Positions 17,631 through 32,734 of a stretch of 64,000 nucleotides of DNA are shown piece by piece (within the stretch, counting starts at the first letter, position 1; each line of letters begins with the position of its first letter). Source of the stretch: the human T2T-CHM13v2.0 reference genome, Homo sapiens. Position numbers and translations under genes: made by a program. The notes beneath the pieces were generated by a model. That model saw nothing but the letters and a program-made list of their open reading frames with translations. It was not told the origin of the DNA and did no database searches. The stretch lies in the NCBI RefSeq assembly GCF_009914755.1, contig NC_060934.1; one strand, given 5' to 3'.

Positions 17631-18304
17631 GTAAGACCTCAAGCATATAATTAGGTACTGCCTCACCATCAGGCGTTCTTTAGTTCACGCACAGGTGACT
17701 GTCAGCCCGTTAGTCCTCATGTTAACACATTGAATGTCATGTTCCTTGCTTCTGCCTGCTGACTAGAATTTCTTTCTCTTTCTTTGGGTAACTCATAGTT
17801 AATTTCAAGGTAAGATCTTACTAGCACCACCCAGCTACACAAAGGCAGTAGATCATAAATCCTGAGATTTGGGATTTGATGGTGGTTAGTAGACCTGATC
17901 AAAAGTTAGTCCTGTGATTATTGATCTACCTGGGATATTAGTGAGAAGCCAGTTCCAGGTACCTGTCCTGTCCGACCATTTGGCTCTAATCGAGCAGCTC
18001 CCTTTATATGTAGAGTTTATTCCTTAGGAGACCTTGACATAGTCCCTTCCTTTGGGGAATGTATTTTAAGGCACACAGAAAGCACATGCTCACACAGAAA
18101 GATGTGAAGGCTCCCATAAATAAAGCTGACAGAATAATCCAGCTCAGTGTGGGGTGTGTGCTTCACCCATGTGCCATCTGGAATAACAGGCACAGTTAGC
18201 CCAGGAAGTTGGCTGTGAAGGGGAGGTATGACATGCCTTGTTGTAAGAGGTGGGGGAAAGGCCATTCTTGAGACATTGTGGCAGCTTATCTTTGGATTCT
18301 CTAG

Positions 18305-18451
18305 GGCACAGTGCTAACCATAAAGTCATATGGGATGCTGGTGAAGGTGGGCGAGCAGATGAGGGGCCTGGTACCTCCCATGCACCTGGCTGACATCCTG
18401 ATGAAGAATCCGGAGAAGAAGTACCACATCGGGGATGAGGTCAAGTGCCGG
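18305..18451 (+). CDS. PDCD11: PDCD11 exon 12
   Basis: ctag|GGC...CGG|gtgagc; 147 nt. Confidence 0.92.
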
Positions 18452-18814
18452 GTGAGCCTCCTGAAGGGTCTCTTGGGGTTTTGGCTAGATGGGAAGAAAG
18501 CAGTTCTCAACTGAAGTTTCTGCCTTTTTCCACAAAGTGAGTGTGTAATGTCTGTAGTGTGTCTTGTGCTGTACCTGGCATTGGGAAGAGAAAAGTGAGT
18601 CCCCGTTTTGTGTAGTATAATTGGGAGTTAAAATATTCATACGTGATGAGAGAGCAAGCCAGCCTGTGATCTTCTGCCATGTGGCTTGGTGCAGGTTGTG
18701 TGCTGTGGTCACACCTGAGAAAGGGGAGGTGAGGGTGGGCTGGAGCAGCCAGAATTGTTGACGTTATCAGTAGCGACTGCCACGAACAGGACTGCCACGA
18801 ACAGGTATTCCGTG

Positions 18815-18990
18815 CCAGTTTCTATGCTAGGCATGTGACAAGCATTATTTCATTTAATCCTTGAAACAACCCTAACAATTAAGCACTATTATCTTCATTT
18901 TGCGGGTGGGGAAATTAAAGCTTCGGAAAGCCAACCGTCTTGCCCAGAGTCACACAGCTAATACATGGCAGAACAATTCAGCTCTGTATG
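18815..18990 (-). mobile_element. MIR remnant
   Basis: ttcatttaatccttgaaacaaccct...ttgcccagagtcacacagctaat. Confidence 0.6.
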
Positions 18991-19790
18991 ACAATAATGT
19001 TTTCTAGATTTCTGGCAGAGGTGGAACTTGAAAGGATAGGTAGGATTTGGAAGGTTGGGGAGAGCAAAGGTTGTGTTCTAGGCACAGAAATAGCCCTGGC
19101 AAAGCTGCCAAAACATGGGTGATTTATGACAAAGGCTCGAATCCGAAGGAAAGCTTCATAGGGTTGTGAAGATCCAACATGATGATGCACACAAGAGTGC
19201 TCCACGGGCAGGCACTCAGCATGTTAGATTTTCCGGTATTCAGTTTATCTCATCGTTATTGACTCAGCAGAGGTAATGATTGCCCATTGGTGCAAAATTT
19301 TACAGTAGTGGGATCAAGGGTTAAAAATACTTTTTCTGTCTTTAAGGAGATGACCTTCTGAAGGGGTGAAAGACAGTTGCATCTCCATCTTATTTCATAG
19401 CTAATAAACGGCAGTACTAAGGTGGTAAATTGGTTCATCATTGGTTCTGTTAGACTAGATGCAAAGCCCACTAGGAAGGAGCCAAGATGGTGTAGAAGTT
19501 AGTGTAACCAAGACTCCATAGAGGTGATGTAAGATAATTAATGTTGCTTCATGGTCAGGAGAGGGTAGTTTGCAGCAATTTATGGGAGGAATTACATTTG
19601 AAATAGTGATTTGTATGCTCCAGATTGTCATACAGCAGGAAGAATCTGCCACTGAGATGATTAGAGGAAAAGCTATAGCAGGTTCTTGGGGAATGGCCCC
19701 GTGGCTTTTGGGTTTAAGAGGTTGCAGAGACCAGCTCAGTGGCTCTCATGATAACAGATAACTTGATGACAGCCTGTGTCCCTCCCCTAG

Positions 19791-20042
19791 GTTTTGCTTT
19801 GTGACCCTGAAGCCAAGAAGCTGATGATGACCCTGAAAAAAACCCTGATTGAGTCCAAACTACCTGTCATTACCTGCTATGCCGATGCCAAGCCTGGTCT
19901 GCAGACACATGGCTTCATCATCAGGGTCAAGGACTATGGCTGCATTGTGAAGTTCTACAACAATGTGCAGGGACTGGTGCCCAAGCATGAGCTCAGTACT
20001 GAGTATATCCCTGACCCGGAGAGAGTTTTTTACACTGGCCAG
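19791..20042 (+). CDS. PDCD11: PDCD11 exon 13
   Basis: cctag|GTT...CAG|gtaacc; 252 nt; S1 repeat [16 protein letters not shown]. Confidence 0.93.
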
Positions 20043-20419
20043 GTAACCCTTCCCCTAGACAGGTCCCCTTTACCCTTGGTGACCCCACAAACACAAATAT
20101 GAAGGAGCAGTAAGTAGTGGGGCTGCCTTTAGGAGGCTGAGGAAGAGAGCACATGGGGCAGTGGGTGTGAGCCGGCTAAATGGAGGAGACGGGGAACAGA
20201 ACAGAGAGAAAGCCTCAGCGGGGTTCAGCAGAAGCTGGCAAGCTGATGGATCTCAGGCACGCATGGAAGAGGTCAGTCTTTACTTGTAATAAACCTGTGC
20301 CTCTCATATCGGAAATTGTTTTGAGGTCACTGTCACCACATGGGGGCAGTGCTGTAAAACTAGTAAGTCTTGGTATCACTAGGAAAAGCATTTTTTTATT
20401 CCTTTAAACGACTTTAAAC

Positions 20420-20850
<431 letters not shown>

Positions 20851-21091
20851 GAAAAATAATTTTTAAGACTTGGATTGTACAAAAAAAGTTACTTATGTCT
20901 TCCATTTATCCCAAAGGCTGCCCTGGGGGATTGTGTAGCTCTCAGTGCATTTCTTCTTTTCACTGCCTCCTGATCTGATCCAAAGGCTCGGTAGATCTCC
21001 CAAGTCCTCTGCAGCAGTAGTGGAGGGCACGTTGCAGGGCCTGCAAGGCTTGCTGGGAGGAGTTGGCCAAGCCTGTGTGGTTTCTTGCCAG

Positions 21092-21232
21092 GTGGTGAAG
21101 GTTGTCGTATTGAACTGTGAGCCATCCAAAGAGAGGATGCTCTTATCCTTCAAGCTGTCGAGTGATCCAGAGCCAAAGAAAGAGCCTGCAGGACACAGTC
21201 AGAAGAAAGGAAAAGCCATTAACATTGGGCAG
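21092..21232 (+). CDS. PDCD11: PDCD11 exon 14
   Basis: gccag|GTG...CAG|gtacgt; 141 nt. Confidence 0.92.
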
Positions 21233-21739
21233 GTACGTGGACTTCTCTGGACAAGCTATTTTATGTTACAGTGGCAGAGAGCAGGGAACCACTAACACAT
21301 GGCATATTGGAACCCACGAAGCGGAAAGATAGAGGTAGCTAGATAAGATTTTGGGGCTAGAGGGGTTCATACGCATTCCTTCCTGTGTGTCAGAACAAAT
21401 GGAAGCTGTCCCTGAAAGTCCTGTTACAGTGAGGCTTTTCAGCAGTGGGCTGCTGACCTCTTTCCTCTCGGGTCCCTAGGGCCAGCCTGCAGTTCTGGCT
21501 TTCCTGGGGCTCCGTGGAGGGACTTGAGAGAGGAGTGCGATGGGTCCACCCATGAGTCCTGGTGAATGTGCACGTACATGCATGCTGGGTGGTTGGGGTG
21601 GTGGGTGGGGTTTGGAAGAAAGCTGCCTCTTAGAGATCCTTGGTGCCGGAGTTTAATGCCTCCAAGCCCTGCCTAATCCAGACCAGGTTGTTCTCTGTTC
21701 ATGACAAGTGCTATTTTTGTCTTTCTCTTCCCTGGGTAG

Positions 21740-21934
21740 TTGGTAGATGTGAAGGTTTTAGAGAAGACCAAAGATGGGCTGGAGGTGGCTGTCCTGCCCC
21801 ACAACATCCGTGCTTTCCTCCCCACATCTCATCTGTCGGACCACGTTGCCAACGGCCCATTGTTACATCATTGGCTCCAGGCAGGTGACATCCTTCACCG
21901 AGTCCTGTGTCTGAGCCAGAGCGAGGGGCGTGTT
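21740..21934 (+). CDS. PDCD11: PDCD11 exon 15 (followed by U12-type donor)
   Basis: ggtag|TTG...GTT|gtatcctt; 195 nt. Confidence 0.9.
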
Positions 21935-22838
21935 GTATCCTTGACTGGTATCTGTGGAGCAGAGGAAGGTGGGGGGCCATGGGTGCTTGGATGGGAAATT
22001 CTGGGGAAATTAGACAGCTATTTGACCTCAGAAATATCTCCACAAAACCAAACCAGTGATGAAGCCTGTGCTATGGAAAGTAAGAGCAGGCCTGAGTAAG
22101 TGCTGCCAGCAGATGCTGGTGGTCAGGGCGGAGTAGCCTGAAAGGTTGCAGAGAGGGGGACTCTCGGAGGCTGGAGAAGGAGGCCCAGTGGGGTGCTTGG
22201 GAGCACATCTAGTTTTCTTGGGGCTTTCAGTGCCTGCCCCTTGGGTTAGAACCAATAATAAGGTGGCTTCTGTCCCCCTTTCCTCTTTTTTTTTTTTCCC
22301 CTATGCCTTCTCCCCGCGGGGCTATAGGCTCAGGAATATTCCCTTTGGTCTTTGCATGGGTGCTTTGAAGGAGCTTCTCACAGAATGTAAAGTTCATTCT
22401 CCTGGGAGTAAAAATGGGCAGAGGAGGGAAAATGAGTTCATCAGTGTAAAGAGGGAGTAGTAGAGGATTGTGTGATGGCTGATCCAGCTGCCAGACCAGG
22501 GGGATGAGCCATCCCTTTTTGGTGTCCTCTAGTAATCTGCAGATTAGTGAATCGGGAATGGAATAAAACCGTGATTCTCAGCTGTAGTGTGCAGTTGGGC
22601 CATGCAGATGGCTGGGCCACACCAAAGTTTCTAATTCAGTAGGTCTAGGTGGTGCTTGAGAACTTGCATTTCTCCTAAGTTTCAGGCGATGTTGATGCTG
22701 CTGGTCTGCACACTTAGAGAATCGCTGTAGCAGCAGAGATCAGCCTGCAGTTCTGTCTTTCTCTGTGGAGAAAGGAGATGGGAGAGATGGACATTTCATC
22801 TGCCCTTTCTGGAACATTCCTTGATGAAGTACCACTAG
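21935..22838 (+). other. PDCD11: U12-type (minor spliceosome) GT-AG intron 15 of PDCD11
   Basis: 5'ss GTATCCTT; branch box TTCCTTGAT at 22817-22825; AG at 22837-22838 with no polypyrimidine tract; join is in frame (EGRV|LLCRKP). Confidence 0.88.
22570..22732. mobile_element. MER5A-like DNA transposon remnant inside the U12 intron
   Basis: tttctaattcagtaggtctagg...ttgcatttct...gatgctgctggtc. Confidence 0.65.
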
Positions 22839-23009
22839 CTTCTTTGCAGGAAGCCAGCCTTGGTCTCCACAGTAGAAGGTGGCCAGGATCCCAAGAACTT
22901 CTCAGAAATCCATCCTGGAATGCTGCTCATTGGTTTTGTGAAGAGCATCAAGGACTATGGCGTGTTCATCCAGTTCCCCTCAGGTCTTAGCGGACTGGCC
23001 CCAAAAGCT
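22839..23009 (+). CDS. PDCD11: PDCD11 exon 16
   Basis: actag|CTT CTT TGC AGG...GCT|gtaagt; 171 nt. Confidence 0.88.
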
Positions 23010-23097
23010 GTAAGTTCAACTCCATGTACAAGGGCTTTGAGGAGAGATACAAGGTCACAGAACCTGAGGGCGGGTAGGGAGGAGTAGGATACTTTAT

Positions 23098-23398
<301 letters not shown>

Positions 23399-24108
23399 AA
23401 GGATACTTTACTCTTTTGAAAGATTTTCAGGGGTACCTCTTAAGGTGTGTGTGACATAAAGGCACCTGGGAGGGGTGAGTGCAGCTGAGCTTTTGGCCCA
23501 TGTTCCTCTCGCCCAGCTGTGTGACCATCTGGAGGAAGGGACACCTTTCCCACTCCACACTACACATTGAAGGCCTTAGTCTCCAGTGTGAAGATGACTG
23601 CACTTGTTTTTATTCTCTCAGCACACTTAGACAGGGAAATTGATCATCCTGAGCTACTGAGTACAGGTTTTGCAGACTTCTGAGGTTTTTGAGGTGTTAA
23701 GGGACCAGAATGTCTTTGAAATTATTACCTCCCCCACCCCCATGTCATTGAGTCCTGCACTTTCAGATGGGAACAATCCCAGCAGTCCCCTAGCAGAGCC
23801 TCCTGGTGTGCCTGGCATGTCAGCCGAGGCCTATTGAGGGGATGGGACTCACCAAAGTCATGGAAGACAGCGAGCAAATGGCGTGCAGCTGATTGCTGCT
23901 GCAGATCATTCATCAGTATTTCTTCCCCTCTGTAGGCCTGTCTCCCTGGTGTTTTGCCTGGGAAAATCTCATTTGCATCCCCTGCCAGAAACATTTTAAA
24001 AATGGGAGCAGAGGGGAGGGCCCCAGAAACAAGCCCAGTGAGGGGCAGAGGGTTCCCGTGGGTTGTTAGGGGTGAGGACAGCCCTGGTGTCTGCCTGGCT
24101 TGCTGTGA

Positions 24109-24474
<366 letters not shown>

Positions 24475-24648
24475 AATCCGGAGGCTCTGTTTTTATGGAA
24501 GGGAAGTAGAGCTGTGTTCAGAGAGGGCTTGGGGGAGCTTCCTAGGCCCCATTTCCCCCTACTCACGTACCCCTTTCCAGGAACATCAAGTGGGTTGTCT
24601 TAATGAAGACCTTTCCTCTTCTCATCTCCTGCCTGTTCTTCTGTTCAG

Positions 24649-24868
24649 ATCATGAGTGACAAATTTGTGACCTCCACAAGTGACCACTTTGTTGAGGGCC
24701 AGACAGTAGCGGCAAAGGTGACCAATGTGGATGAGGAGAAGCAGCGGATGCTGCTGTCACTGCGGCTGTCGGACTGTGGTCTGGGGGACTTGGCTATCAC
24801 CAGCCTCCTCCTCCTGAATCAGTGCCTGGAGGAGCTGCAGGGCGTGCGCAGCCTTATGAGCAACCGAG
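24649..24868 (+). CDS. PDCD11: PDCD11 exon 17
   Basis: ttcag|ATC ATG...CGAG|gtgggg; 220 nt. Confidence 0.92.
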
Positions 24869-24983
24869 GTGGGGCACCTGTGGGGCAGGGGAGGTGGGCC
24901 AGGGGTGGGAGTATGTGTTGTAAATTACACCTGTTGTTAGGTGAGTTGTTGGGCTTCCCAGAACATAAGAAAAAAAAATTTGG

Positions 24984-25291
<308 letters not shown>

Positions 25292-25354
25292 AAGAAAAAA
25301 AAAATTGGGTTAACTTTTTTTTTAATGGAAGTATGACCTGCATAAAGTGCACAA

Positions 25355-25724
<370 letters not shown>

Positions 25725-26288
25725 TTACACCCCTTTAAGATAAAGGTCATTACGAGCATCCTAGATGTCCTCTTCTCCCCACTGCCAGTCCAGAGTCAAA
25801 ATTTCCCTTAGTTCTGTGGCTTTATATTTGCATTTGCTGTGAATTCACTCGCCTTTTCACCTTTCATTCCTTTATTCAGCAGATGAAATGGAACTGGGAC
25901 CTGCCAGGCTTTGTGAGGGGTTATTATTCTGACCCTCTTAGACTTTGAACCATTGTGTGGGGTTGTTGTAACTTTAATGGAATTTCATAGCAGGAGGCTT
26001 GAGAGGGGACAGTGAAAATTCAGAAACCAAAGGAAAGCCTGTCTTCCTGGTATTTGTTGGCTACTCCCATGAATTATGGTCAGGTAGGATTATTAGCAAG
26101 GGGCTTAGGTCTGTCTGCTTGTGACAAGAGTTTTCATGGATACTGAACATTTTTGCAAAAAGTGATTTTACCTTGTCAGTGGTTCCAGTGCTCCACTGTC
26201 CTCCGTGGTGATAGCACACTGCCAGAGGAAAAGAACAGTGAGAGTTCTTTCATGGTACTAATCCGTGTTTCCTTTGGATCTCTGGCAG

Positions 26289-26438
26289 ACTCTGTGTTGA
26301 TCCAGACGCTGGCCGAGATGACCCCAGGAATGTTCCTTGACCTAGTGGTGCAGGAGGTGTTGGAAGATGGCTCTGTGGTATTCAGTGGGGGTCCAGTGCC
26401 CGACCTGGTCCTGAAAGCCAGCAGATACCATCGCGCAG
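26289..26438 (+). CDS. PDCD11: PDCD11 exon 18
   Basis: ggcag|AC TCT...GCAG|gtgagt; 150 nt. Confidence 0.92.
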
Positions 26439-26843
26439 GTGAGTGCTTCTGTCTTACCCATTGTGGTTGGTGGGAGGACCCTTTGTCCATTGCTCCCTCT
26501 CCTGGATATAGAATTTCTAAATACTTACGGTAGGTGAGTTGATTCGGTAGAGATTTTTGGCATGCCTATCTTGTGTGAATGCAAAGGCTTAGGTATGAAT
26601 CCTTTAATTGTTACAATTGGGTAAATCTAGATTTTTATATATTAGGTTACATAAATTAAGGCCTACCTGAACTTGAACTATGGGAGGTAGACCCTTGATT
26701 TCCCTAATTATGGCCCGTATGGACCCAGGACATGTGTCCTCTTTGCTTTTTTGGATCTAAGGGGTAGCAGCTACATGTGAGAGGTGCTGCTCTCCCTTCA
26801 CTCTGTTCCAGAAGGATAATCACACTGTGGTTCTGCACTGCAG

Positions 26844-26959
26844 GGCAGGAGGTGGAATCTGGGCAGAAAAAGAAGGTTGTTATCTTAAATGTTGATCTTT
26901 TGAAGTTGGAAGTGCACGTTTCCCTTCACCAGGACTTGGTGAATAGAAAAGCTAGAAAG
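26844..26959 (+). CDS. PDCD11: PDCD11 exon 19
   Basis: tgcag|GG CAG...AAG|gtaagc; 116 nt. Confidence 0.92.
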
Positions 26960-27054
26960 GTAAGCTTGCTCCTGACTTCCATTTCCATGGTTTCACATGA
27001 TGTACCCTTCAACCCCACTCCAGTTCAGGGATTCCAACTCAGATGCCTGTAGCA

Positions 27055-27490
27055 AGGGTAGCCCTATGTCTGGATGGATCCAGGACACCCCCGGTTTAGA
27101 CCTCTTGTCCTGGTGTGGTTCATAGTGCTGACTTCTGTTCTGGTTCCGGTGATAAGTTACATGGGCACTCCATCTTTAGGGCCAGACAGATAAATAGTGT
27201 GCAGGAGTGGAGCTGGCTGTGTGGGTAGGGAGTGGCTGGCCTGGGATTCTGACGAGCTGGAGAGTGCATGCCCAGCCCCCGTGGGGCTGAGACTGTTCAG
27301 TCCCGCCCAATTGTTGCCGGGTGGGAATCTGGGGCTACTGCTGCTAAATCTTTGATTTTTAAGAGAAGGCAGAATTTGGATTTTTATTTGAAATAAAAGC
27401 TGAAAATGTTGGAAACTTATTTTTTTAAAAACATCCCATGAGCCAAACAGCATGTCTGTGGGCAGTTCAGACCTCCAAGCTGTGCGTCCA
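27055..27490. mobile_element. Old hAT remnants (MER81/MER94-like 27055-27120; MER102-like 27170-27490)
   Basis: Resemblance to remembered consensus text only. Confidence 0.4.
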
Positions 27491-28284
27491 CACCCTCGCC
27501 TGCCTTGTCTTCTGGACACTTTTGTGTGACATAAGAATGGGTTTGAGGGAAAAATTATTATTTTTCTCTGGGTGATGAATATATTTGGTTATTGTCTAAA
27601 GCACTTATTAGGCACCTAGTTGCACAGAGTATGGTGCAGTGTAGATATAATCCTTAATTTCCAGTTGCTTACAGTATTAAGAGTTTAGGACAGAGAGAGA
27701 ATGGAAAGCAATACTAACCTCTCATTCAGTTTTCTAGCAGGACCCTGTACCATTTTATCACCTAAGGGAAGCTTGGGCATATAAGAGCATGAGCACAATT
27801 TGGATTTTGAGGAAAGAGAGGCTAGGTGCCTTGCACACAATAAGCTCTCAGTAATGACTCTATTCATTGCTTGGGTTGAAGAGTGATTAATTGGGGGTGG
27901 GGGAGCTGCAGGACAGATTCAGGAACCACAGTGTCTCTAAGCTGAGAGAGCTGTTAGAGGTTGCAAGGCTGTGCATCAGAATTATCTCAATAACTTGTAA
28001 AATTCAGATTTACTAGATCTAGGATAGGGTCTTGCAATTTAAATTCAAAGCAAAGCAAAAACCAAGCCAAGGTAATTCAGAGGCAGCCCCATGAGTTTAG
28101 TGTACAGGAGAGGAAAGCTAGGTCCAGGGAGTGAAGGCTAGTCTGTTCCAGCTCAGACCAGCCTTGAGTTCCCTAGCCTTGGGACCCCAGAGGGTTTCCT
28201 CAGCCACACCCTGCCCAGTGGGGCCATGAGTGAGTGACCATGCTGTGTAAGGAAAGCAGGGATGGTGGCTTTTCTCTCTTCTAG

Positions 28285-28826
28285 CTGAGGAAAGGCAGCG
28301 AACACCAGGCGATTGTGCAGCACTTGGAGAAGTCCTTTGCCATTGCCTCCTTGGTAGAGACGGGCCACCTGGCAGCTTTCTCCCTGACCTCTCACCTCAA
28401 CGACACCTTCCGCTTTGACTCAGAGAAATTGCAGGTGGGACAGGGTGTCTCCCTAACCCTCAAGACCACAGAACCAGGAGTGACTGGCCTTCTTTTGGCT
28501 GTGGAGGGGCCGGCTGCCAAGAGGACCATGAGGCCGACCCAGAAGGACTCTGAGACAGTTGATGAGGATGAAGAAGTGGATCCAGCTCTGACTGTAGGGA
28601 CCATAAAGAAGCACACCCTCTCCATCGGGGACATGGTCACAGGGACTGTCAAGTCCATTAAGCCTACCCATGTGGTTGTGACTCTGGAAGATGGCATTAT
28701 TGGCTGTATCCATGCCTCCCACATTCTAGATGATGTTCCAGAGGGCACCTCTCCTACTACCAAGCTGAAGGTTGGGAAGACGGTCACTGCCCGAGTGATT
28801 GGCGGGCGAGACATGAAGACATTCAA
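28285..28826 (+). CDS. PDCD11: PDCD11 exon 20
   Basis: tctag|CTG AGG...TTCAA|gtatgg; 542 nt; S1 repeat [20 protein letters not shown]. Confidence 0.92.
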
Positions 28827-28938
28827 GTATGGAGGCTCTGGGGGTGGGCTGGCTTCGAGGGAGATTGTTGTTGTTGTGGGAGGACTGGGAAAGTAGGTGG
28901 GCTCCAAAAAGTTGCATGTAAGTCAGATTCTCTTTTAG

Positions 28939-29257
<319 letters not shown>

Positions 29258-29812
29258 TGCATTATTCTTTTTAAAAATATGGAATATATGGTGTGGTTGT
29301 TAAGAACATGGGTTTGGAGTCAGACCCGGGTTTGAATTCTAGATTAACTGTGACCATGTGGCAGTAGCTACTTAAGTCCAAATTTTATTTTCTTAATTTG
29401 TAACGTGAGAGTCATGGTAGCGACTACTTTGTAGGGCCATGGTGAAGACTGAAAGAGAGAACGTGTAGTCTGTTCTTTGCCTAGTGGGTTGCTGGCCTCA
29501 GTTACTGCGCTGTATACATCTGCAGTTGTCATTCTCCACCTCCCACTTTAATTATCCTCATTTACTTTAAATCTAGTGCCACATGTTACTGTAGCAGAAA
29601 TTCTTGCTATAACAAGAACAGCAAAAAAAGAATTCAAAGTCTGGCCAATAATTTGCATATTAATTTCAGTAGCTAACTGTGGGGTCTTCAGTAAGTCAAT
29701 TATCCTCTAAATAAAGACCTCAGTTTCCTTATTTTTAGAATGAAAGAATTGGAGTATATAGACTGTAAGGAAAATTGTTTTCAGGATCTGATATGACAAT
29801 CCTAAAAGATCA

Positions 29813-30441
<629 letters not shown>

Positions 30442-30629
30442 TTACTAATAACTGCAAAGGTTGGGAATGGAAACCTTCAGCCTGACACATCTGTCTTCAG
30501 TGGTGGTGTGACAGTGGAACAGGGTGCTTTTGTGAGCTTGGTTTGGTGGAGAGTAGGGAGAAATCCTGACCTACAGATTACTGTGTTACAGAGATGAAGA
30601 GAAATGATTCAGCTTATTTGTTTCTCCAG

Positions 30630-30692
30630 GTATCTCCCAATAAGTCACCCCAGATTCGTTCGAACCATCCCGGAGCTGAGTGTTCGGCCAAG
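30630..30692 (+). CDS. PDCD11: PDCD11 exon 21
   Basis: tccag|G TAT CTC...AG|gtgagg; 63 nt; [20 protein letters not shown]. Confidence 0.9.
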
Positions 30693-31325
30693 GTGAGGGG
30701 GACATTAGCAGCACTGTCTTACGGAAAGAGCACTGGGCTTTGGAATTAGGAATCCCGAATTCGAATCTTGATTTTACCAGTGTTAGGATTGATTTTTGCC
30801 TTTCTCTGTCCAAGTTTTCTTGTTTCTCTAGTGGGGATATTTGGTTCTCCTAGGGCTGGAGGGATCATATGAAAATTAATGCAAAAGCTGTGTACAGGTT
30901 TTAAGTATCAATTTAAAGCCTGGTTTCAGTTCTGTTTGTCAGCATGTCACAAAAAGAAACATTTTTGCTCTCAACCCAATTTTCTATAACTCAGTAATTC
31001 CCTAAATAAGCAACATGTATCCAAGAATACCTGTTATTTCAACCTAGACGACTGTGTGGTGGGCTGGAGGCTGAATAGGAATTTCAGGTCATGGTGGGGT
31101 AGATTCTGAAGAGAAGGGTGTTCCATGAGATACTCTGTGGGGAGGAGAACGAGGAGTTCTCTAAAAGAACCCAGCCTCTCAGATTGATAGACCCTTAGTG
31201 AATGAAGCTAGGTGTGTATGACCTTAATTAAGAAAGGCTCTGTGGCTCAGTCCTGGGATCCAGCCAGGTTGTAAATCTTAATGCACCTAAAGATTTACAG
31301 AACGGTCTCCAAAGTAACTTCCAGA

Positions 31326-31630
31326 GCCAGGCACAGTGGCTCACGCCTGTAATCCCAGCACTTTTGGAGGCTGAGGCAGATGAATCACTTCAGGTCAGGA
31401 GTTCCAGACTAGCCTGACCAACATGGCGAAACCCCATCTCTACTAAAAATACAAAATTAGCCGGGTGTGGTGGCGGGCGCTTGTAATCCGAGCTACTTGG
31501 AAGGCTGAGGCAGGAGAATTGCTTAAATTTGGGAGACGGAGGTTGGAGTAAGTCAAAATCTCGCCATTGTGCTTCAGCCTGGGCAACAAGAGCGAAAGCC
31601 GTCTCAAAAGAAAAAAAAAAAAAACACAAA
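31326..31630 (+). mobile_element. AluS
   Basis: Alu consensus. Confidence 0.9.
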
Positions 31631-32734
31631 GTAAATATTCCTGGCACATTGAGTTTCAGATGCTAATAACACTTTTGGAACTTCAAAGTAAGCCCTAAAC
31701 TAAAATTTCAGAATAATAAGATTTGGGGGATGAATTACATTCCTATTTGTTAACTCTGTGGTTTCTTAGTTTTGTAGATTTTGATTGTATTTATCCTCCA
31801 GTCTTTGTTGGAAAAATGAAGAAACCTCTTCATATTAATGGTTTCAGCCTGCAGTATCTTCAACTCTGACATGTGATGTCTTGTTTTAATTAAACCCTTA
31901 ATTAGGGTTGAGGTTAAGTAGTTTATTCAAACTAAGGGTAGATATCTTAATTTAACAGATATATGGGGGATGAGTCAGTGAACTCTGTGGGAACACTGAG
32001 ATCCTAAATGGTTTTTGATCCTAGGAGTACTGAGGAACCCCTCATTAACACTGCTGGTGTTGGAAGACTATGGTATGAGCCAGAGTGGGGGTACTTGGCT
32101 GTAGCAGAGTGGGCCATGACAGGAATTGAGTGGATTTGTTAAGGAGGTGGGAGATGTAGAGTTATAATAACAGATAGACAGATGGCCAGACACACTCCCA
32201 GACAGATGGCCAGACATCTTCCACTTCCTCCATGGACCTTTGTTGTACTGTGACTTGTTTTAATCTCAAGGCTCTTGAGAAACATAGTGATATTTCTCAT
32301 GCTTATGTTTTAAAATAAATATTTTGAAGTCAGGATGAAAAACATTTAACTGACAGTTTTGACTTAACGGAGGAATTATAGCTGTATTTTTATTCCTCAT
32401 TTCGTATGGGGATCTCGTTCACAAAGAGAATGCTGTCTGTTCTAGAGCTGAGTTCAGAGGTGTTGAGGGGCACTCAAGGTTAAGATTCATCTTACCTGCT
32501 TACTCCTCTGGAGGGCTGAGAGGAAAGAGACAAGGCCATTCAGGAGTCTTAAACGGTGTCTCTGGCATTCCTGTTAGCCAGTGAGTTTTCTCATAGGTCC
32601 CCATTCAGTACTGCCAACCCTTCTTTTTTGGAGGGTTGCTCTTTTTGGAGAGGAAGTTTCAAATCACTTCAGGAAAAGAACAAAGGATAACACATATCCG
32701 TTTATGTGGTGGGTTTGGTTTGGTTTGGTTTGGT

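Noticed and set aside
28392-28907. 171-aa antisense ORF (also 43558-44061, 45350-45757, 47537-48067)
   Set aside because: Antisense shadows of PDCD11 exons
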